A DNA stretch of 36,450 bases from Candidatus Omnitrophota bacterium (GCA_023819225.1 JAMWCZ010000003.1:1-36450); one strand, 5' to 3'. Shown: positions 16,080 through 26,293, counted from the stretch's first letter. Notes: a model not told the origin generated them from the letters alone. A program made the numbers and translations.

Positions 16080-17270
16080 ATGAAAAGGGAAAAAGAAGAG
16101 GTATTAGAAAACTACAATAGTTATGTGATAGGGTCTTACACAAAAAGTGGTATTGTATTTGTTAAAGGAAAAGGAAGTTACCTATGGGATATAGATGGGA
16201 AAAAATATCTTGATTTCTTTCCTGGATGGGCTGTGTCTGGGCTTGGACATTGCCACCCTGCTATAGTAGAGGCGATACAAAAACAGGCAGAAAAACTTAT
16301 TCATATAGCCAACAACCACTATCATCCTTGGCAGGGACTACTTGCAAAAAAACTTTCTGAAATCTCATTTGGTGGTAAGGTATTCTTCTGTAACAGCGGT
16401 GCTGAAGCAAACGAAGGGGCAATAAAACTTACACGGCTATATGGAAGAGGAAAAGGGAGATATAAAATCATCTCTATGGAAAACTCTTTCCACGGAAGGA
16501 CACTTGCAACAGTAACAATGACAGGACAGGCCAAATATAGCAAACCATTTGAGCCACTACCTACTGGTTTTTCTTCAGTGCCTTTTAACAACTTTGAAGC
16601 GTTAAAGTCCGCAGTAGATGAAGAAACAGCAGGTATTATTATAGAGCCGGTTCAGGGAGAAGGAGGTATAAATGTTGCTGAAAAGGAATATCTAAAACAG
16701 GTAAAAGGACTCTGTACTGAAAAAGATATACTTCTTATATTTGATGAGGTTCAGACCGGATTTGGCAGAACTGGAAAGTTCTTTGCATATCAGAATTTTG
16801 ATATTGTCCCTGACATTATGACACTTGCTAAAACATTAGGAGGTGGATTTCCTGTAGGTGCGATGATAGCGAAAAAGGAAGTTGCAGACCTTATGGTTCC
16901 GGGGACACATGCATCCACCTTTGGTGGAAGTCCTCTTGCCTGTGCATCATCTCTTGCTGTAATAGAAACGATAGAAAAAGAGAACCTTCTGGAAAATGTG
17001 AATGTGATGGGTAATTATCTTTATCAGAAACTACTTACTTTGAAAGAAAAACATCCTGTGGTTAAAAAAGTAAAAGGACTGGGACTTATGCTGGCTATTG
17101 AACTGGATAGTGAAGGAAACTGGCTTGTAAACCTCTGCGCTGAGCAGGGCCTACTTATAAACTGCACCCATAGCAATATAATACGAATTATGCCTGCAAT
17201 TACAGTGAATAAAGAAGAGATAGATGAAGGAATAGAAATACTTGACAGGTGCATGGGAGCAAAAAAATGA
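16080..17270 (+). CDS. argD: Acetylornithine aminotransferase
   Basis: 396-aa class-III aminotransferase with NSGAEANEGAIKL, FDEVQTGFGRTG and TLAKTLGGG motifs, in arg gene context. Confidence 0.9.
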   Translation: MKREKEEVLENYNSYVIGSYTKSGIVFVKGKGSYLWDIDGKKYLDFFPGWAVSGLGHCHPAIVEAIQKQAEKLIHIANNHYHPWQGLLAKKLSEISFGGKVFFCNSGAEANEGAIKLTRLYGRGKGRYKIISMENSFHGRTLATVTMTGQAKYSKPFEPLPTGFSSVPFNNFEALKSAVDEETAGIIIEPVQGEGGINVAEKEYLKQVKGLCTEKDILLIFDEVQTGFGRTGKFFAYQNFDIVPDIMTLAKTLGGGFPVGAMIAKKEVADLMVPGTHASTFGGSPLACASSLAVIETIEKENLLENVNVMGNYLYQKLLTLKEKHPVVKKVKGLGLMLAIELDSEGNWLVNLCAEQGLLINCTHSNIIRIMPAITVNKEEIDEGIEILDRCMGAKK

Positions 17271-18178
17271 AAAAGGACTTCTTAACAGGAACAGAACTTA
17301 CAGAAGGTGAGATTTATAAGATATTTGACCTTACAAAAAAATATAAGGCATCCCGCAAAAAAAATGCTTTTGCTTCAATACTTAAAAATAAAACAATAGG
17401 ACTTATTTTTAATAAGCCATCAACAAGAACACGGATATCTTTTGAACTTGCGATAGAGGAACTTGGTGGGAGGGCCCTTTATCTTTCAGGAGATACAATC
17501 CAGACATCAAGGGGAGAAACAGTAAAGGATACTGCTTGTATTCTTTCAAGATATCTTGACGGACTTATCATAAGGACATATAAACAGGAAGAGGTAGAAG
17601 AATACGCTAAGTGGACTTCCTTCCCTGTTGTAAATGCGCTTACAGACCTTTTACATCCTTGTCAGGCACTGACTGACTACTTTACGATGTATGAGGTAAA
17701 GGGGACACTTGAAGGAATTAAGGTTCTTTATATAGGTGATGGCAACAATGTGTGTAATTCCCTTATAATTTTAGCGGATATACTCGGGGTTAATATTATG
17801 GTTGTTTCACCTGAGGGTTATCAACCATCAAAAGAGGTGCTGTCTCTTGTGAAAAATAAAGAACTTGTAAAGATAGATACCCAGCCATTGAAATTCATTC
17901 CAGAGGCAGATGTGATATATACAGATACATGGGTAAGTATGGGTGATGAGAAAGAGGCAGATAAAAGAAAAAAAGTATTCCAACCATATCAGGTAAACAA
18001 AGAACTTCTTGCCGATGCAAAAAAGGACTTTATCTTTATGCACTGTCTTCCCGCACACAGGGGCTGGGAGGTAACAGATGAAGTGATAGACAGTCCAAAC
18101 TCCATTGTATATCAGCAGGCAGAAAACCGTCTCCACTGTCAAAAGGCACTCCTCCATTTTTTATATGAGACATTATAA
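17267..18178 (+). CDS. argF: Ornithine carbamoyltransferase
   Basis: STRTR, HPCQ, DTWVSMG and HCLPA motifs. The ATG overlaps the argD stop (ATGA). The annotated upstream extension from 17249 is unlikely. Confidence 0.9.
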   Translation: MKKDFLTGTELTEGEIYKIFDLTKKYKASRKKNAFASILKNKTIGLIFNKPSTRTRISFELAIEELGGRALYLSGDTIQTSRGETVKDTACILSRYLDGLIIRTYKQEEVEEYAKWTSFPVVNALTDLLHPCQALTDYFTMYEVKGTLEGIKVLYIGDGNNVCNSLIILADILGVNIMVVSPEGYQPSKEVLSLVKNKELVKIDTQPLKFIPEADVIYTDTWVSMGDEKEADKRKKVFQPYQVNKELLADAKKDFIFMHCLPAHRGWEVTDEVIDSPNSIVYQQAENRLHCQKALLHFLYETL

Positions 18179-19166
18179 TAGAAGAATAGAAAAGATAAGG
18201 GAATTTATAGATAAGAAAGAATTACCTGCCATTCTTATAAAAAACCCTTCTAATATCTTTTACCTTACAGGACACCTTGAAATAGAAGGAATTTTAGTTA
18301 TAGACAGCAAGAATATGTATCTTTTTACACCTGCACTTTACTACAATGAGGTTGGTGACCTTATGCCAATTGATATAGAGGTATCTATTTATAAAAATGA
18401 AGAATTCAAGAAATTTCTTAAAAAGTATAAAAAAATTGGATTTCTAGATACAGAATGGACTTTTTCTGCTTATACTTCCCTTTCAAAAGAGAATAAATTT
18501 ATTCCTGTTCCTGATTTTGTGAAAAAGATGAGGATGGTTAAAGAAAGTTACGAGATAGAACTTATAAAGAAAGCTCTGGAGATTAACAGGAAGGTATTTA
18601 GAGAGATTGAAAAGGAGATAAATATAGAGGTGGAAGAGACAGTCCTTGCAGGGATGATTCACTATCTTATAAGAAGATATGGTGGTAGGAGAGAGGCATT
18701 TGAACCTATCGTGGCATCAGGGATTTATTCTGCCTATCCACACCATAAAAACCGAAATAAAAAAATAGAAATGGGAAAACCGCTGATAATAGATGCTGGA
18801 GTTGACTATAATGGATATAAGAGCGACCTTACACGAACATTCTTCCCCGGCTGGCCTGATAGAAAATTTAAAGATATATATAAATTCCTAAAGGATGTCC
18901 AGCAAGAGGTAATGGAGTTTATAAAACCCGGCAGGACAGGTGGAGAAGTTCACAGTTATGCTGTCGGCCTTTTGAAGAAGAAAGGCATTGAAAGATACTT
19001 TATACATGGACTTGGACATGGTGTTGGTATAGATGTCCATGAATTACCGGTTATAGCACATAAAAGTAAGGATGAAATTAAAAAAGGGTGTGTATTTACT
19101 GTGGAACCGGGTATTTATATACCGGGTGAAGGTGGCATCCGTCTTGAAGAGATGGTGATTATATAA
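18165..19166 (+). CDS. M24-family Xaa-Pro aminopeptidase/dipeptidase
   Basis: Creatinase-like N-domain plus M24 motifs (IDAGVDYNGYKSDLTRTF, HGLGHGVGIDVHE, VEPGIY, RLEE). Start at ATG 18165 overlaps the argF end. Confidence 0.85.
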   Translation: MRHYNRRIEKIREFIDKKELPAILIKNPSNIFYLTGHLEIEGILVIDSKNMYLFTPALYYNEVGDLMPIDIEVSIYKNEEFKKFLKKYKKIGFLDTEWTFSAYTSLSKENKFIPVPDFVKKMRMVKESYEIELIKKALEINRKVFREIEKEINIEVEETVLAGMIHYLIRRYGGRREAFEPIVASGIYSAYPHHKNRNKKIEMGKPLIIDAGVDYNGYKSDLTRTFFPGWPDRKFKDIYKFLKDVQQEVMEFIKPGRTGGEVHSYAVGLLKKKGIERYFIHGLGHGVGIDVHELPVIAHKSKDEIKKGCVFTVEPGIYIPGEGGIRLEEMVII

Positions 19167-19187
19167 TCTATGTTCTATCAACTTTAA

Positions 19188-19302
19188 CCCTCTCCCCATT
19201 AGGGAGAGGGTATGGGTGAGGGGATTCCCTCTCCCCCTGTGGGGAGAGGGTATGGGTGAGGGGTTTCCCTCTCCCCATCGGGGAGAGGGTATGGGTGAGG
19301 GG
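19188..19302 (+). repeat. Tandem array of 3 REP units (period ~39 nt)
   Basis: Units at 19188-19210, 19227-19250 and 19267-19289: CCCTCTCCCC-N3-4-GGGGAGAGGG. Each is followed by TATGGGTGAGGGG. Confidence 0.9.
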
Positions 19303-19467
19303 AGAGGGGTGCCGAGTAGAGGAATAAAGAGCCTCTACTGGCACGCCCGCCGAGTTGGTGAGGCGGGTGACCGAAGCCCGTAAGGGCAAGAAGGGTGAGG
19401 GGAGAGTTAGGGTATTTTTGAACAAAAAATTAGAGGAAAAGGTTTTACCCATGTACCCTATCTGTAC
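19297..19467 (+). repeat. Conserved structured element, copy 1 (inverted partner at 28170-28340)
   Basis: 19297-19434 is 138/138 identical to the reverse complement of 28203-28340. After ~20 divergent nt, the 14-nt motif TACCCTATCTGTAC (19454-19467) is again shared. Contains three hairpins. Confidence 0.9.
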
Positions 19468-19473
19468 GGATTT

Positions 19474-19503
19474 TTGACTTGAAGATAAAAGATGTGATAA
19501 AAT
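19474..19503 (+). promoter_or_regulatory. Putative gdh promoter TTGACT-18-TAAAAT
   Basis: -35 at 19474-19479, exactly 6 nt after the shared 14-nt motif. -10 at 19498-19503. Confidence 0.4.
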
Positions 19504-19568
19504 AATATAAAGGCAGCAAAGGTGCTGTCTGGATAAAACAAGGAAGTTTGGAGAGAAAGGCGAAGAAG

Positions 19569-19605
19569 CCCGCAGAGGCCAAGAAGTGCCTGTGTGGGTT
19601 TTTTT
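19569..19605 (+). terminator. Terminator-like hairpin plus T7 inside the gdh 5' leader (possible attenuator)
   Basis: CCCGCAGAGGC-CAAGAAGT-GCCTGTGTGGG (10 of 11 pairs, including one G-U) followed by TTTTTTT. Lies 30 nt before the gdh ATG. Confidence 0.45.
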
Positions 19606-19634
19606 ATTTTATAAATTTTTTAAGGAGGCACAAA

Positions 19635-20897
19635 ATGGGGACGGAACAGAAAGATGTATATAATACCTTTCAGATTGTTCAAGAACAGTTAGCAGATTGT
19701 GTAAGGATTTTAAATCTCAGTGAAGACATATATAACATCCTTCGCTCACCGATGCGCGAAATCCATGTCTCTTTACCTGTAAAGATGGATGATGGGAAGG
19801 TAAAGGTATTCCATGGATTTAGAGTGCAATATAACAATGCATTGGGCCCTACAAAAGGCGGAATAAGGTTCCATCCTGAAGAAACAGTAGACACAGTAAG
19901 GGCACTGGCTGCCTGGATGACATGGAAGTGCTCACTTATGGGACTCCCATTAGGCGGTGGTAAAGGCGGGGTAATATGCAATCCGAAAGAGATGTCAGAG
20001 GGAGAGATTGAACGGCTAAGCAGAATGTATATAGATAGAATTTACAAATACATAGGTCCTGAAGAAGATGTCCCTGCCCCTGATGTATATACTAATCCTC
20101 AGATTATGGCATGGATGATGGATGAGTATTCAAAGATAGCCCAGAAGAACAAGTTTGGTGTTATTACAGGGAAGCCCTTGCTTTTAGGAGGTTCCTTAGG
20201 GAGAAATGATGCTACTGCAAGAGGTGGTCTTTATGCATTAAAAGAAGCAGCAAAGGAATTAGGGATTGACCTTGGATACGCAACAATAGCAATTCAGGGA
20301 TATGGCAATGCGGGCTACTACGCAGCAAAACTTTCAAAAGAACTGTTTGGCTCAAAGATAGTTGCTGTAAGTGATAGCCGGGGTGGAATATACAACAAAG
20401 ATGGGCTTGACCCTGAAGAGATACAGGAACATAAGACGAAAAAGTCGTCTGTGGTTGGTTTTCCCGGCACAAAAAAAATAACAAGTGAGGAACTTTTAGA
20501 ACTGGATGTAGACATCCTTATACCGGCAGCCCTTGAAAATGTAATTACTGCAAAAAATGCCCCTAACATCAAGGCGAAAGTAATCCTTGAACTTGCTAAC
20601 GGTCCAACAACACCTGATGCGGATGATATACTTTACAAGAAAGGTATCCATGTAATCCCTGACTTCCTTGCTAATGCAGGTGGTGTTACCGTTTCCTATT
20701 TTGAGATGGTCCAGAACTTTATGATGTATTACTGGAGTGAAGAAGATGTACACAACCGACTTTCTGATAAGATGGCTCATTCATACCATTCTGTGCTTTC
20801 TGCGGCTAAAAAATATAAGATAAATATGAGACAGGCTGCCTATGTTGTGGCTGTGAGCAGAGTTTTGGAAGCAATGAAGATGCGGGGATGGGTGTAA
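19635..20897 (+). CDS. gdhA: Glutamate dehydrogenase
   Basis: Motifs [26 protein letters not shown] and [13 protein letters not shown] 19635 is preceded by AAGGAGG. The ORF-track extension from 19548 crosses the leader terminator and is rejected. Confidence 0.9.
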   Translation: MGTEQKDVYNTFQIVQEQLADCVRILNLSEDIYNILRSPMREIHVSLPVKMDDGKVKVFHGFRVQYNNALGPTKGGIRFHPEETVDTVRALAAWMTWKCSLMGLPLGGGKGGVICNPKEMSEGEIERLSRMYIDRIYKYIGPEEDVPAPDVYTNPQIMAWMMDEYSKIAQKNKFGVITGKPLLLGGSLGRNDATARGGLYALKEAAKELGIDLGYATIAIQGYGNAGYYAAKLSKELFGSKIVAVSDSRGGIYNKDGLDPEEIQEHKTKKSSVVGFPGTKKITSEELLELDVDILIPAALENVITAKNAPNIKAKVILELANGPTTPDADDILYKKGIHVIPDFLANAGGVTVSYFEMVQNFMMYYWSEEDVHNRLSDKMAHSYHSVLSAAKKYKINMRQAAYVVAVSRVLEAMKMRGWV

Positions 20898-20958
20898 TAT
20901 TAAATAGGTCGTAAAATTCAAATATTGGAAGATTAAAAATCTTCTAATCTATTTACTT

Positions 20959-20987
20959 TTGACTTTTCGCACTTGACTTATTAATAT
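20959..20987 (+). promoter_or_regulatory. thiL promoter TTGACT-17-TAATAT
   Basis: -35 at 20959-20964 and -10 at 20982-20987. The ATG at 20995 is 7 nt downstream and no SD is present. Confidence 0.5.
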
Positions 20988-20994
20988 ATTATAA

Positions 20995-21906
20995 ATGACA
21001 GAAGATGAGATTATTGCGTCTATAAAAAGACAACTTAAGATAAGACAGAAAACAGTTGTTGTTGGTCCCGGGGATGATGCAGCTGTTGTATCCTATAACA
21101 GTAAAGAATATCTTATTCTTACAACTGACTGCGTCGTTGAAGATGTTCACTTTTCAAGAAAAGATACACCTTTATCCCTCATTGCCAGAAAAGCCATTGC
21201 TGTCAATTTAAGTGATATAGCAGCAATGGGAGGTCTGCCTTTATACGCACTTGTATCTGTCGGCTTACCTAAAGGCCCAACCAGTAAAGATATATCTCAG
21301 ATTATAAAAGGGCTGCAATACATAACAGATAGATTTAGTTTTGATATAGTGGGTGGTAACCTTACAAAGTCAGACAAGTTGTTTATAGATGTATCTTTGG
21401 TAGGTAAGGTGGAGAAAAAATATCTGAAACTGAGAAGTGGAGCAAATCCTGGAGACCTTATATTTGTAACAGGAAGATTAGGTGGCAGCCAGATTAAGAA
21501 ACATATGAAATTTACTCCGAGAATAGAGGAAGCAAGAAAAATAATAAAAACTGTCCCTGTAAGTGCTATGATGGATATATCTGATGGACTTTCAACAGAC
21601 CTTATTAGATTAGCAAAGGCAGGCGGTACTGGATTTAAGATATACCTTGATAAAATACCTGTTTCAAAGGATGCTATCAAGATAAGTAAAACCAGAGAAG
21701 AGGTAATCTCCCACGCATTAAATGATGGAGAGGACTACGAACTAGTATTTACTGTAGATATGAGTTTGAAAGATAAAGTTCCAGATAGAATTAATTCCTT
21801 ACCCTTAACCTGTATAGGAAAGATAACAAAAGAAGAGAGATATATAGGGGTAAATTCTGATGGAAAAGAGATCTTAATACATCCTTATGGATATTCCCAC
21901 TTTTAA
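20995..21906 (+). CDS. thiL: Thiamine-monophosphate kinase
   Basis: 303-aa AIR-synthase-like fold with GPGDDAAV, NLSDIAAMGG and DISDGL motifs. Confidence 0.85.
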   Translation: MTEDEIIASIKRQLKIRQKTVVVGPGDDAAVVSYNSKEYLILTTDCVVEDVHFSRKDTPLSLIARKAIAVNLSDIAAMGGLPLYALVSVGLPKGPTSKDISQIIKGLQYITDRFSFDIVGGNLTKSDKLFIDVSLVGKVEKKYLKLRSGANPGDLIFVTGRLGGSQIKKHMKFTPRIEEARKIIKTVPVSAMMDISDGLSTDLIRLAKAGGTGFKIYLDKIPVSKDAIKISKTREEVISHALNDGEDYELVFTVDMSLKDKVPDRINSLPLTCIGKITKEERYIGVNSDGKEILIHPYGYSHF

Positions 21907-21908
21907 TG

Positions 21909-21951
21909 TACCACTGCGGGGGCGGAACAAAATACCGCCCCCGCAGTGGTA
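21909..21951. terminator. 17-bp perfect GC-rich hairpin between convergent thiL and uvrA
   Basis: TACCACTGCGGGGGCGG-AACAAAATA-CCGCCCCCGCAGTGGTA. No flanking T-run on either strand. Followed by a tandem 13-nt duplication, CAGTGGTATTCAA x2 (21944-21969). Confidence 0.5.
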
Positions 21952-21969
21952 TTCAACAGTGGTATTCAA

Positions 21970-24744
21970 TCAGGTAAGGGCATTCTTTAAAAAACTGCCA
22001 GTATATGACTTTTTGTTTTTTATTATCTGTTCCGGTGTGCCTTCTGCTACAACATAACCACCTCTATCACCACCTTCAGGTCCAAGGTCTATAATATAGT
22101 CAGCACACTTTATCACATCAAGGTTATGTTCTATAACAAGGACTGTGGAACCCCTTTCCACAAGATTATTAAGCACCTTTAATAATTTTTCTATATCTGC
22201 AGTATGAAGTCCCACAGTCGGTTCGTCCAGTATATATAAGGTCCTCTCATTCCCTTTCCTGCAAAGTTCCGCTGCCAGTTTTACCCTCTGTGCCTCTCCT
22301 CCCGAAAGCGTGGTTGCCGGTTGCCCTAATTCAATATACCCGAGTCCGACATCATATAATGTCTGCAGTTTCTCTTTTAGTGGAGATGTTTTCTCAAAAA
22401 AGTCCAGTGCATCTTCTATCTTCATCTCAAGTACATCTGCTATGTTTTTTCCTTTATAGAGAACCTCTAATGTTTCTCTGTTATATCTCTTACCCTTACA
22501 TACATCACAAGGGATAAATACATCGGGAAGGAAGTGCATTTCTATCTTTTTAATCCCTTCGCCCATACATGCCTCACATCTTCCACCTTTTACATTGAAA
22601 CTGAACCTCCCCTGTTTATATCCCCTTATCCTTGCCTCTTGGGTATTTGCAAAAATCTGTCTTATATATGTAAATGCGGTTGTATATGTGGCAGGATTTG
22701 ACCTTGGAGTTCTTCCTATAGGTGACTGGTCAATAACAATTATCTTGTTTATCTCTTCTATCCCGAAGATGGCATCATGCTCCCCTGGCTCTTCCTTTGA
22801 ACCATAAAGAATCTTTTTTATTCCTTTATATAAAACATCTTCTACTAAACTACTTTTCCCTGAACCGGAGACCCCTGTTATACATATGAACATACCAAGT
22901 GGAATCCTTACATTGATATTTTTAAGATTGTTATGCCTTGCTCCAATAATCTGGAGGTATCTACCGTTGCCTTTTCTCCTATTTTCAGGAACAAAAATTT
23001 TTCTTTTACCTGAGAGATATAGACCTGTTAATGACTCAGGATTTTCTATAATAGACAAAGGATGTCCACATCCAATCACTTTACCACCATGTTTCCCTGC
23101 GCCTGGTCCTAGGTCAATTACATAGTCAGCATTTCTTATCGTTTCCTGATCATGCTCCACAACAACAACGGTATTTCCTGTATCTCTCAGTTGTTTAAGT
23201 GTATTAATAAGTTTGAGATTGTCTCTCTGGTGTAGCCCTATGGTCGGCTCATCAAGTATATACAGGACACCTACAAGTCCAGAACCAATCTGTGTGGCAA
23301 GTTTTGTCCTCTCTGCCTCACCCCCTGAAAGGGTATGTGTCATTCTGTCAAGTGTAAGGTAGTCCAGCCCAACCTCTTCCATAAATACAAGACGGCTGAT
23401 AATCTCTTTCAATATCTGTTTTGCTATAGTCCTTTCTCTCTCACTTAAATCCATTGTCTCAAAAAACCTCTTCGCCTCTTTAATACTCATTGATGTAATA
23501 TCCATTATGGACTTCCCAAAAACCTTTACTGCAAGGGACTCTTTTTTAAGTCGGGCACCATTGCAGACAGGACACTTTACTTCTCTGATATATTTAAGTA
23601 TCTCTTCCTTCCTGTGCTGGCTCTCTGTCTGATGGAAAAGTCTTTCTAAGTTTGGTATCACTCCTTCAAAGCCATACTCATCAGAACCATTGAGTATTGT
23701 ATTAAGTTCTTCCTTTGTAAGGTCACAAGGTCTGTCATCAATACCTCTTCCCATATCCCTGAGTATTTCTCTCAATAACCCACGGTAGTAAAAAAACAGT
23801 CCCCTGCCGCCTGCTTCCTGCCAGGGTTTTATTGCACCTTCCCGGAATGATTTATTTTTATCAGGTATAACAAGTTCAGGGTCTACCCTCATCAAAAAAC
23901 CCAGCCCCTTACACTCAGGGCAGGCACCATATGGACTATTAAAAGAAAACATACGCGGAGAAAGTTCTTCAAATCCAATGTTACACTCAGGGCAGGCAAA
24001 GTGTTCACTGTATAGGGTGTCTTTCCCATTTTCTTCTACAATAAGTAGTCCCTTACCTATCTTTAATGCCATCTCCACGCTTTCCGCTATTCTTTCCCTT
24101 CCTTCTTCTGCTGGAATAAATGTATCAACAAGGACATCTATATTGTGCATTTTATATCTTGCAAGTTTTATCTCTTCATCAACATCATAGTATTTACCAT
24201 CCACTCTTACCTTTAAAAACCCACTTTTCTTTATCTGCTCAAGGATGTTTTTATACTCCCCTTTCCTCCCCCTAACAACAGGTGCAAGAATCTTAATCTG
24301 CTTTTTCTGACTATTTTCAAAAATTTTGTCTATAATCTCTGTGGATGACTGCTTTGATATAACCCTTCCACACTCAGGACAGTGAGGAATGCCTATCCTT
24401 GCAAACAGAAGACGAAGATAGTCATATATCTCTGTCGTGGTTGCCACTGTTGACCTGGGATTGGAGGCAGATTTTCTCTGTTCAATAGCAATGGCGGGTG
24501 GAAGTCCTGTAATGTGGTCCACATCCGGCTTTTTCATCTGCTCAAGGAACTGTCTTGCATATGCAGATAAACTCTCTATATATCTTCTCTGTCCTTCTGC
24601 ATAAAGGGTGTCAAAGGCAAGAGATGACTTCCCTGAACCGGAAATACCTGTAATGACCACAAACTGGTTTCTTGGTATATCAATATCTATGTTTTTAAGA
24701 TTGTGTTCTCTTGCTCCTCTTACGCTTATAAGTTTTAGTTCCAT
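21970..24744 (-). CDS. uvrA: Excinuclease ABC subunit A
   Basis: 924 aa with two ABC ATPase modules ([18 protein letters not shown]), zinc-finger CxxC pairs and LSGGE signatures. Confidence 0.95.
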   Translation of the reverse strand: MELKLISVRGAREHNLKNIDIDIPRNQFVVITGISGSGKSSLAFDTLYAEGQRRYIESLSAYARQFLEQMKKPDVDHITGLPPAIAIEQRKSASNPRSTVATTTEIYDYLRLLFARIGIPHCPECGRVISKQSSTEIIDKIFENSQKKQIKILAPVVRGRKGEYKNILEQIKKSGFLKVRVDGKYYDVDEEIKLARYKMHNIDVLVDTFIPAEEGRERIAESVEMALKIGKGLLIVEENGKDTLYSEHFACPECNIGFEELSPRMFSFNSPYGACPECKGLGFLMRVDPELVIPDKNKSFREGAIKPWQEAGGRGLFFYYRGLLREILRDMGRGIDDRPCDLTKEELNTILNGSDEYGFEGVIPNLERLFHQTESQHRKEEILKYIREVKCPVCNGARLKKESLAVKVFGKSIMDITSMSIKEAKRFFETMDLSERERTIAKQILKEIISRLVFMEEVGLDYLTLDRMTHTLSGGEAERTKLATQIGSGLVGVLYILDEPTIGLHQRDNLKLINTLKQLRDTGNTVVVVEHDQETIRNADYVIDLGPGAGKHGGKVIGCGHPLSIIENPESLTGLYLSGKRKIFVPENRRKGNGRYLQIIGARHNNLKNINVRIPLGMFICITGVSGSGKSSLVEDVLYKGIKKILYGSKEEPGEHDAIFGIEEINKIIVIDQSPIGRTPRSNPATYTTAFTYIRQIFANTQEARIRGYKQGRFSFNVKGGRCEACMGEGIKKIEMHFLPDVFIPCDVCKGKRYNRETLEVLYKGKNIADVLEMKIEDALDFFEKTSPLKEKLQTLYDVGLGYIELGQPATTLSGGEAQRVKLAAELCRKGNERTLYILDEPTVGLHTADIEKLLKVLNNLVERGSTVLVIEHNLDVIKCADYIIDLGPEGGDRGGYVVAEGTPEQIIKNKKSYTGSFLKNALT

Positions 24745-24893
24745 CGTAATCTTCTATTATACCTTTTTAAGTTAGATTTTGCTATCCCTTCTTGCTTCTC
24801 CCCAATGCGACAGTCCGCCAACGTCTTAGTGGTGGAAGGGGGGAGGATATAGTTTGGGGTGGAGAGTATGGTAAGGGGTTCACCCTCACCCTG

Positions 24894-24974
24894 CCCCCTC
24901 ACCCTACCCTCTCCCCGTTGGGGAGAGGGAAGAAAAGGGGGGAGAAGAGAGAAAGGCGTGAGATGTAAGAAGGG
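24894..24974 (+). repeat. 81-bp direct repeat of 14869-14950, containing REP unit 24907-24929
   Basis: Differs from 14869-14950 by 2 substitutions and one G-run length. The motif GGGGGGAGGATATAG at 24838-24852, upstream of this repeat, resembles the 5' end of the tRNA/tmRNA-associated module. Confidence 0.85.
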
Positions 24975-25047
24975 AGAAAATCCTCCCCCTCGGAGGGGGA
25001 AAGATATAGGAAGAGGAATGAAAGGGAGAGAATAGTCAAAGGGAGAA

Positions 25048-25617
25048 CTAAAAAGATGTCTTCTTGCCTAACTTCACACCTGTTACCAGTGGAACCGGCT
25101 CAGCCAATTTAAATGAAGGGTCTGTAGAGCGTGCCCAGAGTGTAATCTTTATGAAAGAGACCTTATCGGTATCGGGTGAAGATATTGGGGGGTTTAACCT
25201 GTTATCTCTTCTGTCAAAATACTCAAACCTTGAATTATAGGGTGGGTCTGTAATAACTTCAACTTTATTATTCGGGTCAAGGTCTATTGTATCTGAACCC
25301 CAGGTAATATTTACCTTACCATCGCTTATAATTACCTCCATCGTCTCTGTGTCTCTTTTAAGATAAACTGCTGTGGTCTCTGATACCTGTGAATCATCCA
25401 GTCCTGTTGAGTGAGAAAATCCCCAGTGTGTTTTATCTCCATAGGTGAGTGTATCCATAATCTGGGAAAGTACCTGCTGGACTTCATTATTTACCACCAC
25501 TATTTTTCTTATCTTTGCGGCTCTTGTATATAGATATGTCACAAGCCCGAAGGCAACAACCATTATAGCCATTGCAACCATTAATTCTACAAGGGTAAAG
25601 CCGTTCTTTTTTTTCAT
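25048..25617 (-). CDS. Prepilin-type (type IV pilin / pseudopilin-like) protein
   Basis: N-terminus MKKKNG|FTLVELMVAMAIMVV is a class III signal peptide with Glu at +5. ATG 25617 overlaps the upstream stop (ATGA). An alternative GTG is at 25623. Confidence 0.8.
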   Translation of the reverse strand: MKKKNGFTLVELMVAMAIMVVAFGLVTYLYTRAAKIRKIVVVNNEVQQVLSQIMDTLTYGDKTHWGFSHSTGLDDSQVSETTAVYLKRDTETMEVIISDGKVNITWGSDTIDLDPNNKVEVITDPPYNSRFEYFDRRDNRLNPPISSPDTDKVSFIKITLWARSTDPSFKLAEPVPLVTGVKLGKKTSF

Positions 25618-26135
25618 TGCCACCCATCCCTTGAAATCAAAATATAGTCATTAAGTATAAGTGCCTTATCTCTTTTTCTTAAAACATATACATCTATCCT
25701 GTGGCTCATTGTTCTCTCTGTATCTGACTGTGTAGCATCTGAAAGGAAACTATTGCTTCCATCATACCTGAAGTTATAACGTCTTACGATATATTTTTCC
25801 TGCATTTCTTTAGGTGTCCAGTCATTTCCATCAGTTGTCGGTTCAACCTCATCAGGTGTTTTATAGGTAGTGCTATCTTTGAGAGGTCTATCTCCAAAAC
25901 TTGCCTGTCTGTCATAATATATGGGTGGAAATTCTATATTTTTAACATCCTCTATTGTATATTGTGCCAGTGCATTTGCCACAAGGATATCATTCGCCTT
26001 ATCAATAATATTAAGATTTGCAGACATTATAAGAAGCACGGTCCCAATAACAATAGCAATCAGAAATATTGCAACCACAAGTTCCAGTACTGTAAACCCT
26101 TTTGCCTTCCTGCCTTCTTTATCCATACTTCCCAT
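25614..26135 (-). CDS. Prepilin-type minor pilin-like protein
   Basis: MGSMDKEGRKAKG|FTVLELVVAIFLIAIVIG. The longer ORF-track N-terminus (to 26312) runs through REP units and is rejected. An alternative ATG is at 26126. Confidence 0.75.
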   Translation of the reverse strand: MGSMDKEGRKAKGFTVLELVVAIFLIAIVIGTVLLIMSANLNIIDKANDILVANALAQYTIEDVKNIEFPPIYYDRQASFGDRPLKDSTTYKTPDEVEPTTDGNDWTPKEMQEKYIVRRYNFRYDGSNSFLSDATQSDTERTMSHRIDVYVLRKRDKALILNDYILISRDGWQ

Positions 26136-26202
26136 CCTATTCTTCCCTTTCCCTATCCCTGTTTGTCCACCTCGCCTTTCTCTCTTCCCTACACCTTTTA
26201 TT

Positions 26203-26274
26203 CCCTCTCCCCATCGGGGAGAGGGCAGGGGTGAGGGGCATCCTTTCTTTTCACTCTCCACTGTGGGGAGAGGG
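26203..26274. repeat. Two REP units between pilin-cluster genes
   Basis: CCCTCTCCCCATCGGGGAGAGGG at 26203-26225 plus a degenerate unit at 26252-26274, each followed by CAGGGGTGAGGGG. Confidence 0.8.
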
Positions 26275-26293
26275 CAGGGGTGAGGGGCCCTCC

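Noticed and set aside
19188-19302. CRISPR array
   Set aside because: The ~39-nt period consists of the palindromic unit plus a conserved linker. There are no unique spacers and only 3 units, and no cas genes are nearby.
19311-19400. The 138-bp element as a class II tRNA-derived sequence or group II intron domain V
   Set aside because: GCCGAGTTGGTGAGGC resembles a tRNA D arm, and GACCGAAGCCCGTAAGGGC resembles a variable arm. However, no acceptor or T arm can be formed. The first hairpin has a 9-nt loop rather than the GNRA-capped 34-nt domain V.
19168-19452. 94-aa ORF (minus strand), and its near-identical twin 28158-28439 (plus strand)
   Set aside because: Both are read-throughs of the 138-bp inverted repeat and REP units. 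The shared peptide simply reflects the DNA repeat. There is no RBS, and the ORFs overlap the promoter regions.
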